A stretch of 64,000 bases of DNA from Chrysomallon squamiferum (lineage: Eukaryota; Animalia; Mollusca): positions 32,054,001 through 32,118,000 of the forward strand of contig CM022671.1 of assembly GCA_012295275.1 (NCBI GenBank), read 5' to 3'. The stretch's first letter is position 1. Each line of letters opens with the position of its first letter. Below the pieces are notes generated by a model. The model was not told where the DNA came from. It saw nothing but the letters and a program-made list of their open reading frames with translations, and made no database searches. The translations under genes and the position numbers were made by a program. Shown here in pieces: positions 40,161-53,465 of this stretch.

Positions 40161-43100
40161 ATGAAAAAATAATTAATTGCAGTTCTCATTTAGTGCAAAG
40201 TAAGTTTTAGATAACATATTTTCAGTGGTTTTTAAATTTAGTTGTTTGGGAATTACAAAAGTAAATATCTCAGGAAACAATAAGTAAATTGCATTCATAA
40301 ATAATGATTGTCATGTCCTTAGTGATATTGATTTTTAATGTGTGTTATTATTTTTTTTAAAGTTTAGGTAATACAATACTAACAAAACTGTTTATTGACA
40401 AGATGTCATCTTATTTAATAGCGAATTATTAAATGTCAGACAGACTGATGTTGTTGTTTTTTTGTTTTATTTATATTACGTATTCAAAAAAAAAAAAAAA
40501 AAAATTTTTATTTTTTATTGACTGGTATTTCAGTATTTATACTGAACATTCATGTCTCCCCAAAAAGGCCCCACTGTGTGGAGAAGTTGAAGCAAACTAT
40601 TATAGACACATATCAGCTTGCTTTTTTTTTTCTCTCTCTCTCTTTCTTTCTCAGCTCTGACCAGTGGCATAGTGTTTGAAGGACGCAGCCATTTTTTTTG
40701 CAGGCTAATTGACTAAACATTGCATGAAAGTATTGCTAAACCTAGCTTGGGGCCAAGGTTTTCAGAAAACACATCATACACATCACAAATACTTGACTCA
40801 AAACACCACTCGCCATTTTCAATATGGCTGAAGGAGCTGGGTGGGTTTCTCTGGAATCAATCCTACAGATTTGACATGGCTCTAGGATTTTATTGATTTA
40901 GCCAGGAGAGCAGACAAAATCTTGTGGACTGTAGTTCATCACAGAGAAGCCATTTACCTCCTGGCTATTGGGCAAACTGTTAATAGATATAAAGAGAAGG
41001 TTTTGCCTATAAGAGAGATCCTTGACTTAATACATAGGTATTTTATGAGAAATATTTTAGACTTCAAAGTAATGACTCCATAGAGATTTGGAAATGTTTT
41101 TATCTTATTTATGCTTTATTTTTTATTTTGTTTTTTTTACCTTATATATTTGGAGAAAAGGACTTTTCAAAATATAAAGGAAATTTGTAAAAAAAAATTA
41201 AAAAATTTCTGAACTGGATTTTATAGCTAATTTACTGTGCTGAAATTTTTATTTTTTTCTGGTTGTAACTGAAACATATTCAGTCTTTTATCTTTAATCA
41301 AATCATTAAATGTTATTTGTGAGATAGGTTGTAAAGAAATGTGTTGTATGCTTGTAAATTTAAACCAAATGGAACCCCAAGGCATCAGTTATTATTTATA
41401 TATACATTGTCTGAAACTGTAATATGCAGCATGTCGCAGTTGCTATTAACATAATTGCAAGTCAAAACAAAAAAAATATTATCAGCTATGTTAGTTACTT
41501 ATTTACCCTCCAAAACTCTTAGGCACAGTCTACTTGTTATATAATTCAGTCTTGGATATGTAATAGATACTTGTATTTTTTTAATATGCATTAGATAACA
41601 GTAACAAAATATCTTACATTAGGTAGCGGTTTATAGCAAATGGAACAAAAAAAGTAACTGAATATCTTTTACGTTTCATATTTTTTTTTTTTACGTTTTT
41701 TTCCTCTTTTTTTTTAAATACAAAAATGTTTTTGCATGGGAATATTTCTAAAGGTAATGGATTTTTTTTTTTTTTTTTTTTTTTTCGTTAGTTATGTGAA
41801 AGTTATTCCATATAGATCTTAAATTAAATATGCTAGCAAACTGGTTTCACATGCCTCAGATGAATGCTAAATTAATTTTCTCTATGAACCAGAGTGCTTT
41901 CCTACAGGCTTGAAATCACCGGTGCTAATCTGTTGGAGCCGTGCCCAGACATGTCTGTGGCTGCAGTTGTCTGTGTAAATAGATACAAGGTGTACAAGTC
42001 TATATGCTGTGATTGCTGCTCTGTCCGCTCGGCTGTTTTACTGTGTTGAAACAAATCACAGGTGTTTTATGGCCAACTATATTGTCTCTGGGTTAATCCT
42101 GTCTCTCTAGCCTGCCGTTGCTGGGGCAGATGTAATTGACCCTCCAGAGTGCGTTAGAGAGTCCTATAAATATTCTACTACAGAAGTTACTGCATTTAGT
42201 TTATTTATTTACTTATTTAGTTAGTTAGTTAGTTATTTAAAAAAAATTTTTTTTTTTTTTTAAAGCAGATAACTGGATAAAGATAAGAATACTTTCTCTT
42301 TTGTTCACCGTTAATAGTTTTAAATACAGACAGTAACCTTTTTTGAAGCTACCACTTTAAACATGTTTACATCCAATGTGGTTTCAGTCACATCTCTTTT
42401 AGAAGTACAATTCAGAAGCCTGGATTGTTTATCCAGTATGATGTTAGAGGATTAGTTAGAATAGAGGATATATCTATCTTACACCTACTGAATTAACTTG
42501 ATAAGGCTAGTCTTAAAATCTAACTTCTGTCTTTTAAGTTGCTTGATCGTATTATCATACCACAGTGCCTTTAAATTTATCTAGGATGTACTTACTAATA
42601 CAAAAAGACAATAAAACAATTTGTTTTTAAATATTTGTAAAAAAGGTGCACCATCATTCTTGAGAAAATCCCATTTAGCAAATTAAAGAAAACATTTTTT
42701 TGCTCTTATGGTTGCAAGAAAATAATGATATTAACATATTTAGTTAAGACATCATTTAAAGTCGTTTTTTTATACTTGGTACAAGGTAGTTTTTCTTATG
42801 ATTTTACTGTGATTCAGTAAAATACTGCAGATGTAATGTTAAAAAAGTAAATTTAATTTTTTAAGTTAAAATTATATAGGAGTAAAAACAATAACATTGT
42901 CTTTAAAGTAACAAGGTACTTGGAAATACATGAATTAATTTATTATGTACTTAGCTGCAAGAAAGAAAAACCATAAAAAGATATTTATTACAATGTTCAA
43001 AGTGGTTTTTATTGTTGTGTGTTTTATTTTATTTTATGTTATTACTTTATTGTTAATTACTCAAATTAGCTGGTAATCAACTTTCCCATTATAAAATGGT

Positions 43101-43904
43101 TATTAATGATAGTTTGTATTTATTTTTAAAGCAGTTATTTATAGGTTAAGGAAAACTTTTTTTTTAGAATTTAACCATGAATTTTCTTCTTTTTTTAGCA
43201 AAATTTCTCTTTTGTTTACTAATGAATCCTATAAGTACTAGTTAATTATTTATTGTTATTGTTGTTGTTGTTTAGACCTATGATTGTAAATTCTGCTCAG
43301 ATCTGTTATTTATAGCTTGTAAAAGATAAGCAGATTTTCCCTTGTCTTCACTCCATGCTTGTTTCTGAAATAGGCTTTATCATAAAATGACGGATAGGTA
43401 GGTTATGTCAGCTTTCCAATCTTTTATTACTGGATCAAGATTACAGTTTTGAATTGATGTGACTGGGTAATGTGTTTGCCAAGTAATGTGTGCATTTAAT
43501 GATACAATCAGGAATGTTTCATCTGAACAGAAAAATATTCTCAGTTGTGAAAATGTTATTTTAATTTCCTGATATATACTGCTAGGCTGGAAAAAAAAGA
43601 AGAGTTGTATTGGAGTGTTTTTGAAATAAAAGTTGTTTATTTTTATTATTATTTTTTAATGTTCTTGTTATTTTTATTATTTTTTTTTTTTTAAGCAAGT
43701 AAAGATTTATACCTGCAGCTGTGGTTTTCTGATTCTGAATTCCTTTTCTTTCAGTATTTATGTGTTAAAAAACCAGAAGTTTACATAAACGATTTGACTT
43801 TTCAGATAGTGCCTTGAAAGATGTACTTGAAAAAAAAAATGTGGTTACTTAACAATTTATGAGAAATCATTTAGCTGTTTAAATAATATACTGACATGAA
43901 CAAG

Positions 43905-44008
<104 letters not shown>

Positions 44009-47000
44009 TAATAGTAATTCTTTTGGTATTTAATGTAGGAACAGCTTTTCATTTTGCTGCATGTGTTTAATATCTCACGTGTTAATATATCCTAGACATT
44101 TATTACAATTTAAAGTATGCCATTTAAATATTATCAGATTAAACTGTTATGTGAGTATAATCAGAACAAATTTAATAAAAACATTTTTTCCTTCTTGACG
44201 TGCTGTAGGTCTGGCTTGTTCAAATAACTGATCTCATTAATTTAAGCATTAAACAAAGCAGAGCTGATTTAATAATTGCACTGATGGTGCCCAGAAAAGG
44301 GGAAATTGTAGATAAAAATCACTGTAATTTATTGACATGTGCCTTAAAGGGCAGGATCCAACATTTCAGAAAGGGTGTTACTGCAGTGGATAATGTGAGC
44401 TATAAAGGAAACTTAAAACAAATATTAATAAAACAGGAAATGTACACTTGTGGTATGTGTTTGTAGTAATCTTTTTTCATACCAAATAATGAACAGTTTT
44501 TTATTTATTTATGTATTTTATTATTATTTATTTATTTATTTATTTATTTTTTATTATTTATTTTTTATAAATTAAAAAATTGTTAAAATTTATAATCCTG
44601 TATAGCTGCTCCATTTAAACTTCTTGTTAGTGATGTTAACTAGAGCAGGCTGTATCTGGCATGGAGTCAGGTGACAGATTTGTTTATCCACTTGAAACTT
44701 AAAAAGTTGAAAGTATGTTAAAAATAAAACAAAGACAAAATAACAAAAGCTTCAGCTTTAAAGACAGAAATGCACATTACAGTAAATATTATTTAAAACA
44801 AAAAGAGAAAATCTTTTTATTTGTCATTTGATGATCTTGTACTCATTTGTTTTTGCTGCACCAGTGATAGGTTAAAGTGTTTCAGTTATGAAAATAAATA
44901 ATCTGTTTTGTAGATTTGTTAAGTACTTGGAGATGAGACAGCAAGTTATTCATCATATCATTTTGATATAAAATTGTAAAACAGTCTGTTGTAGTATTAT
45001 CATCTGATAGCTAAAAATAAGATTGCCATTAATATTCAGATTAACACTTGCAGAAAATGATTTATTTGAAAAAACAATGTTTTTAAATTTAAAAAACTAA
45101 ATAAATGTACCGTAAATTATTAAACAAAATGAGATAAATAGCAGAAAGTTGTATTCAGTGCAAGAAGTATATAGCTAAATGACTCTAAAAGATTTTATTT
45201 ATGTACATTTTTTTCTTTAGATTTCCTTAGTTATTGTATAATTATAAATGTATGGTATCAGGAATGAGAGATGTGATTCACTGCTTCAGTATGTAGTAAA
45301 TTTGTAATTATTGCACCTTGCACACATACCAATGTTAAACTACCCAAGAAAGAATCTTAACATTCTTAAGTTAACTTGACACTTACATTTGAATAGTATT
45401 TCTTATATATTCTTAATAAAATATTTTGTGTTTTTCATAGATGTATTAACTTTGAAAAGGTTTAATTAAATTATGTGCTTGTTTTGTTAGAAACACCATT
45501 GTTGTTTAAAATAGCTGTGTCCAAAAAACAATTTTGTCATAAGTAAATCAGTTCATTGTTATTTCTGTGAAAGAAATCCTTTGAAAGCATATGCTGTCGA
45601 AACCTATTACAAGTAATTTGAGTGTAAGTGTTTAATAATGGAAACATAAACCCAAGCACACTCCCTTTTCACCAGTCACCTGTCCGTTTCACATACCCTA
45701 CAGGTTCTTTTCTTCACCTGCCTATGAACGTATCATCAAAGAGGCCTTTGAAGAAGAAGAAGCAGTGTGTTTTGCTCGAGTGCACCAGACGTGGCTGATT
45801 GGGTTGTCGCAGTATTGTGGACTATAATCTGCAGATTAATCTTTGAGTATGTTGCTCGCTGAAGCATGGCACACTGAAGATGAATCTTACACTCGATTCT
45901 TGAGACAATGTGATTAATATAGAACAATGATTCATTTTCCATACAGAAGAACATGGGAGGGTGAAGGGATTCATTTCCTGTACCCACCAGTTTTAAAGTA
46001 CCCACTCACTTTTAAGTCCTTCAAGTGATCAAATAAGCCAATGGGCCTTAATGACTTGGTTTGATTTCTTTTCAAATTTGCATTGAATTCAATGTCCCCT
46101 TCAGTAACAAAAGACCCAACGCAGAACCTCAAATCCTGAGGTCAGGTTACATGTATAGTTTCTAATGCCAAAAACTGCCAATATCCATACCAAAAACGAA
46201 AAAGAAAAATACATCAAATCTTTAATAAATTTGATAAAGGTGTATACTCATATTTGAGTTAATTTATATCACTGAAGCAACATATGCTTATATTATGTAA
46301 TTATATTATCATTCTCTATGTTAGTTTGTTTGTTTGTTTGTTTTGTTTCTTTATTAACTATAGTAATTTTTGTAGACATTATGGATCTGTGTGATCATCA
46401 TGTGGGACAGTTTAAAACTGGAATCACAATTGTAATACTGTTAACTCAGCCATGTTGTAATGGTGGCAAGACCAATATTATGTGTAAACTGGATTTGCTC
46501 TAGACGAAAATGACAGTTAATTATTCATGTCTGAATCCATTTTTCTTTTCCAGTGTCAGTAGGTATAATGAAATGTACAGGTCACTGGTAAGTTCCAGAC
46601 AAGAAGCTTTTCAGAATTCAGTTTCCAGCTAACATGAACAAAGTTGCTAACTAAATAACGTGAGCTGAATTGTCTTTCATTGGTTAGAATGGGAAAATAA
46701 TGATTGTCTGATTTTCTTAAACTTACATTATTTTTCTTAAAGCGTATTTAAAATAAAAACAAAAATAAATAAATAAATAATAATAATAAAAACTGAAACT
46801 CATTCCTCCATCACTGGCAAGATTTGAAAAACAAGACCCCTAAATCTGAACAAGTTCGTCCAATAAAGAGTTTTGAAATTTAAATGTAAATCATAATTCA
46901 AACAAGTAATTTTTAAAGATCAGATTTTTTATTGCTATTTATTATGATTACAACAATGAGTCATTGATTTTGTAGCAGCCATTCATCATAACCAAATATT

Positions 47001-50000
47001 ATTGCAATATCAGATAATGATCGTGTTATTTTACTGTAAGTTGATGATTTTTAAGTCCATTATTATTGATAATAATGATTGGGTAATTACATTTTGTAAT
47101 TGAAAGAAGAAAAGAAAAGAAAAAGTTCATAAATTCTTAATATCAAACAAATAAGACAAAAAAAAAAAATATATAAATTTATAAATAAATGAATTAAAAA
47201 AAAAAAAAAAATTATAAATAAAAAAAATAAGAAATATAATGAATTAATATATTTAATGATTTCTCAACACGTGTTAATATTAATGGTTATTAAAAGTCAA
47301 ATTGATTTTAATATGAAGTGAGAAATGTGGATAAATACCTAAATTTATAAGCATCTTAAAGAAATTATATATCTCACCTTTTGATAAAACAGTAAGGTAA
47401 CTGAGACAGGTTGATTTTATTAAGTATCTGTCCTCTTAGTATGTCGTGAATAGTAAATTTCTTTCTTTCCTTTCTTCTTTTTTTTTGTTTGTTGTTGTCT
47501 TTTTTGGTTTAAATTAACCTAGGTAGATAATAAAATTTTATGACATTTGTATGTTAAAACATTGTTTTCTTTACCTCGTGGTTTTCTGCTAAGTAATAGT
47601 CATATAATAAATTATTATTATTTATTATATATATTTTTTAAAATAATTTTGCTTGGTGAAAGCATGCATCAGCAGTCAAGCAGTAAACAGCAGTTCATAT
47701 CATCACCAATAAAAATGAAGTTCAAATAAAAAAATAAAAATAAAAATAAAAATTTGAAAAGACCTGGCTGAATCCTCAAGAACAGTTAAACTGCTGTATA
47801 CATAATAACAGAGTAATAAACAGAACATTAGTGAAAGAGAATTTGCAGCTTCATCTTTACAAAAAGTGTTGCCTTTGATGATACAGTGTGTTTTTATTTT
47901 TCACTTTCTTTGTAATGGATCTGAAAAAAGACGGTTTCTGTTCAAAATATAATTTATGCAGCATTTTCAAAATGTTATTATTATATTAAGCAGTGTGTAA
48001 TACATTGGGTATTTCTTTGTTAGAACCAGAATAAATCATGCAAAGATGTTGGTATTATATTCATAGCTGTGTTAAAGACAGCAGAAATAAATAATATCGC
48101 AATGTTTATTGATTGAAACAGCTTCATTTCCACGGTGTTAGGTAATAGCTTTAGCAGAAACTCTGCATTTAATAGATACATACAAAGAACATTTCACAAA
48201 TATATCCTGTGAGATTTGTTCATAATACCAGTGTGGATATGTTGTTGTTGATGCTAACATTAAGGACATCCTCTGTTGAGAGTATTATTTGTACGGTATT
48301 TTTCAAAGTAACAGCAGCATTTTTTTCTCATTTGTAGACTTCATGCTTATATCATTGTTGACAAATGTGCATTTGTAATTGTTGCCTGAAAAAAAAACCA
48401 TACACATCCTGTAGTTAATAGCAAAGTTTTTATGATTAATCTGAAAACAAATACAAATTTGAATGCTACAGCTTTACACTTTATACTTTACACAGTTTAT
48501 TATGGATAATTCCATTATCTGATATTTCATTGTTGATAGTACCACTGATATGGTAATTAGAAAATAGACATACATTTATCCAATTAAAAGACTCTTTAAA
48601 GTGTTTTTTTATTTTTTATTAAAAGTTTTATTGCCATGTCACTGTTAATGACACAGCTGTGGTTGTAGTATTAGAGATTGTTGACAGGTCATTTAATAAT
48701 GTTGATAATGTTACAGTATTTTTCTTCAGTAAAAAAAAAAAACCCAAGTTGCTCATACTGCAGCGACAGATGCATCCTTTCTCGTTTGTTTCTCTATGCA
48801 GAAGATGTTTAATAATTTGTAACCTTAACTCTGGCACAACATAACTTAGCCTGGCTTTCATTGGTATCACCGTAGGTGGTTTTCCTCTTCGGCTAGAAAC
48901 AACAATCTCAGATCCTGCAGGGAGAAACCATAACACAAAACTTGAAATTGTTTTCAACATCCCCTTGTTTTTCTACTACTCCCATCTTCAGCATGTTAAA
49001 TGCACAGTCTAACCTCTCGCTCTTTTTATGGAATGTTAAATGCTCAAAGTGTTTTCTGCACTTTTTTCTTCATTCTTTTGCTTTACACTATACTTACAGC
49101 TAGTCACTGATTGCAAATGTTCTTGATACTGGCAGCAAACAGCTACCTTTCTCTTCACATGCATATTTGTTGCTTTCCCCTGCAATCGATTACTATGTTC
49201 ATTGCAGAATTATTGATGTGGTCCTGACATGTGTGTGCTATTTTATCTCTCCATTTCTGTCAAGAATGCTTTTGTTAGCATTTCTCAAACAAATGGACCC
49301 TGAACAAGGGTTTGTCATTGTTGCGTGACTTAACAGTGTGTGTGTACAGAATTACTGCTGTGACCAAGTTAGGTACAAGCATATATGCAATTGTAGCTTA
49401 CTGTGAGCTTTTTGTTAAAGAAAGGTGACAGGTTGTGCTTTTTGTTACATTGCCTTCGGCATTAATCTGTATTGTGTTTGTTTGATTTAAATTGTTAAAC
49501 AGGCTTGTAATGAGACTTCAGCTTGAATAAATTATTGTTTGCATGTGTAGATGCATGTTTGTATGTTTTAAAACTTACATGTACACTCAGTGAACATTAA
49601 AATACCATTACTGTTGTTAGTAGTTTTATTGAAATTAAAAGAAATTCATTATCAAAATACATTTCTTCACCTCAACCTAGATATGTCACTAATTAATGTT
49701 ATGTTGTTTAAAGAATTGATTACAGTATGAAAATACTACCAATAATATTAACCTATACAGAACACAACATGTTACATTTTGATTTTCGTTCGGTGAAATT
49801 TAAAACTTCAAACTTTAAAATTTTTATTTTTAAAATTCTAATGGAAGCGTCAAAAGCACATTTGTATTAATACATTTATGCATAATTTAGTTTGAACAAA
49901 ATATCTTGTTTCATTGCTTGTGTCAAAAGCATTTTGAGAGTGTTTGAATGTATTTATAAAAACTACTGAATATGCAAAAAATAGAAGTTGTAATTGCTTT

Positions 50001-53000
50001 TTTAAAATTTCTGTAACATCATCAGGTCCTTACCCAACTTAATGTAGTTATCGACAATGGCTTGTATCAAATAACTTGACAACAGGAAAGTATCATAATG
50101 AAAAAAACATTTAGCTTCTAATTGTATAAGTAGTTCTAACTAGCTCTGGAGTATTGGATGACCCTCTGTGGGTGTAGGAAAATGCAGAAACGATCGTTTT
50201 CTAACAGATGTCAAAATAGACAGTTGAGAATATCTGATTTTTACTTTGGAGGTGTTTTAGAACAAAAATTAACATTTGTTTTTATTTAACAAAAACTGTA
50301 GCATATTATGATTGTTTTCATTACTGATTATCTTTCAGCTCCGAAATAAAATCTTTAGATGAAAGTCTTTACTTTAAAAAATATTTTTTTTTACTGGCAC
50401 TTAGAAACTTCATTTCCACCTTCCCATACGTACAGTTTCACATAATGTCATTTGATAGCATGCACAGAATAATAATTCAAACTTAGCTGTGACAGAAATG
50501 GCCTTCTCCATATAAATAATTATAAATAGTTGGTTGTAACTCATAGTAATGTTCTGTTTCTGATCATTCAGTGATGACATATTCATTGTTGGCAAGACCA
50601 CAACAGAATTGCCCCAAAAAATAAATAAAAGTTGCCATTTAAAATAGAAATGTCACTACAATTAGCTGTTATGACTGTTATCCTTGGTGTGTGTTTGACA
50701 GCTGAAATGAATGATTTCGCAGCTAAATCAACATAAGTCAATTCCCAATGACCAGACACCTCCATGTTTTGTTTACTTTGTAATTGTGGTAACATTGCAG
50801 GTTGGGACTCGAAGCCACCCCCCAGCTTTCACTATTCACAATCAGGGCACACACTTTGTTGTTTTTATGTCCTTTTTTCACCTCATAATTTTTTTTTTTA
50901 AATTTAACTTGTAAATTTTCTTTTTTATCAGTGGAATGCTATTTGTCAGATGTGATCAACAACAATAAATAGTTTTACAACTTACAACCTCTACTGCTGT
51001 AATAATAATAACAATAACAAAGAAAATGGCACACAAGGTATCTCATGTTATGTGATTTTGAAGATAAATATTATTACATTAATCCTTTTACCTTGACTTC
51101 AGTCCTGTGAAGTTGAATAAACATGACTTGTACATGTTCAACATTAACTTACAACAAAAATGTCATGATAATATCGCTCTCATAGAATATTCATGTATAA
51201 GCATGGTACACACAATTAACTTGGTTGTTAAACAGTCTCACTTTGATTGTCTGTGGTTTGTAAAATTATATGCTTTAACACATTAACTCATAAGTTTATG
51301 GTAGCATAATACATTGTAAATGCATATAATTTACATTATAAGCAAAATAAATGCTGCAGCTATTAATAGCTTGTTGACTGCATTGATTTCACTTTCTGAA
51401 GTCAATAAAATATATGACTAAGCTACTGGCAACTTTTACTTTAAAAAAAACTTTGTAATATATAAAGTGTAATATCATCGTTTTTAATATAAAAAAACCC
51501 CACACAAATCAAAATCAACATCAACAATTAATTAATTAAATTTTTTTCTTACAAATTATAAAAATCTAATAACTAAAAAAAATTTAAAAAATTAAATAAA
51601 ATAAAAAGTAAAACTGCAAGGTATATCATCAAACATTAATTGCAAATCTTTGTTCACAAAATTTTACAATATTTGTAAAAGCTAGCCAGCCAATCTTTCT
51701 TATGTGCATTTATCCACTGAATATAAAAGTATGTTATACTAGTGCACACAACCCTGGTCCAAGCAACGTTAATGTGTTAATTTATTATTGTAATGGCACT
51801 AACATTATTTGGTGAGCCATGGAGTAACATTTTAAAATTCAATTCATTTTTTTTTTCTTTCACCCTTATAAGGTCACAAATGAAATGATAATGTAGCAGT
51901 TTTGATTGTTTATGGCTTTGTTCTGTGACGCTTACAAGGAAGAAGTGACTGAATTGTTGTAAGTCATGTCAAATCTTAATCCATGACATTTGTACCTGCA
52001 TTCATAGCTTAAAAGTATCACCTTTCATAGTGTTAAGTTTTAAAAACATAGTGTAATGCTCTTTGCTTGTTTTGTTTACAGTAAGGAACTGGCTGTTACT
52101 TAACTGAGGCATGCTAGGTCACAGAATCAACACTTGCATTATGATCAGTTTATTAAGATATAGTCTGAGCTTTTGTATGTACAGGAAGCTGTAGGCAAAA
52201 GATCACTTGCTATTAATTGACAAGAATACCTCAGTGTTTTTATTTAAAAAAAAAAAAAAAAATTATGTATCTCTTTCATGGCACAAAAGTGAGTTGAGAG
52301 GTTCTTAAACATTCATTCATTCATATAAAAAATGTGTTACATGATGTAATTATTTAGTAAGTAGATGCGAAAGATGTTAATATTTACTTGTTGAGAGGGC
52401 TGTTGATGGAATTGAAAAACATATTTTTTTTAAACCTTTGACCGTGACTGTTCAAGCTAACTGTAATTGTATTTTATTTGTTCTATTTTCACTGAGAAAA
52501 AGAATATTTGTTGATATATGCTTGAGTGTATTTTAATACTTCTAATAGCAGTGTAACAAAATTTTAAAATAGTAATAGGAAATTTGAATTTACTTTCTTT
52601 CATCCCACCATAAATTAAAAGATTTAAATTAAAAACAAAAAAGAGACCGAAAAACAAAACAAAGACACCCTGACCCATCTTTCAGAATTCAGAAAAGTAA
52701 CAGAATAATTTACCTTTTTCCTCCAGCAACATATTTCACTCTTTTAATAAATTTACTAAACCATGACTTATTTATGGTATATTTATTATTATTATGAATT
52801 ATACAGATAAATATTTCAGTATTCATGTAAGATGAACATGTCAGAACTGTCAGTTTACTGCATATGTTATTCCAGAATGTTAATATTTCTTTATCTAAGC
52901 ACTGCTATAAAACTGCTGTGTGTATACTATTAATACACCCTTTTACTAAAAGTAGATTGATACTGACAGGACTATGATGGTTACTTCACTTGTGAGATTT

Positions 53001-53159
53001 GCACATCTCTTTACATTAATTTTACATGGAACAGAAAATGAACTGCTGCTGAATAATAAGATCTCTACCGCAGGTTTAGTGGTCTTAGGAGCTGAGTTCA
53101 TTTTGATGAGCCTTAGGGCTTATTTTAGTTCAGTGAAATGCTAATGTGGCTGGTAATAC

Positions 53160-53465
53160 AAATGATAAATGAACGAATGTTTAAAGGCATCTCAAGACAT
53201 TTTATTACTGTCATATACATTTTTTCTTTGATGCTTTTATGAAAGAGAAACATCTTCTATTACTGTTCCTTGGGCAGCTTTTATCAGTTTGTAACAAGGG
53301 TTTGTTTCTGTGTACAATACAAAGGAGAGCATATTCCATAGCCTTTGGTAAACCAGCCAGGAAGCCCTGGTTAGAATGGAAAGTGGCTGTGTAGCAGCAT
53401 TAAGGGGGATTGATTTTGTAGCCTTTTGATTCCTCTCAGCCTTTTATTTCAGCCACCTATTAATT
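53160..53465 (-). mobile_element. Degenerate SINE-like repeat
   Basis: Ordered motifs gaaagagaaac ... caaggg ... agcctttggtaaaccag ... tggttagaatggaaa ... gggggattgat are collinear with the other copies. Confidence 0.55.
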
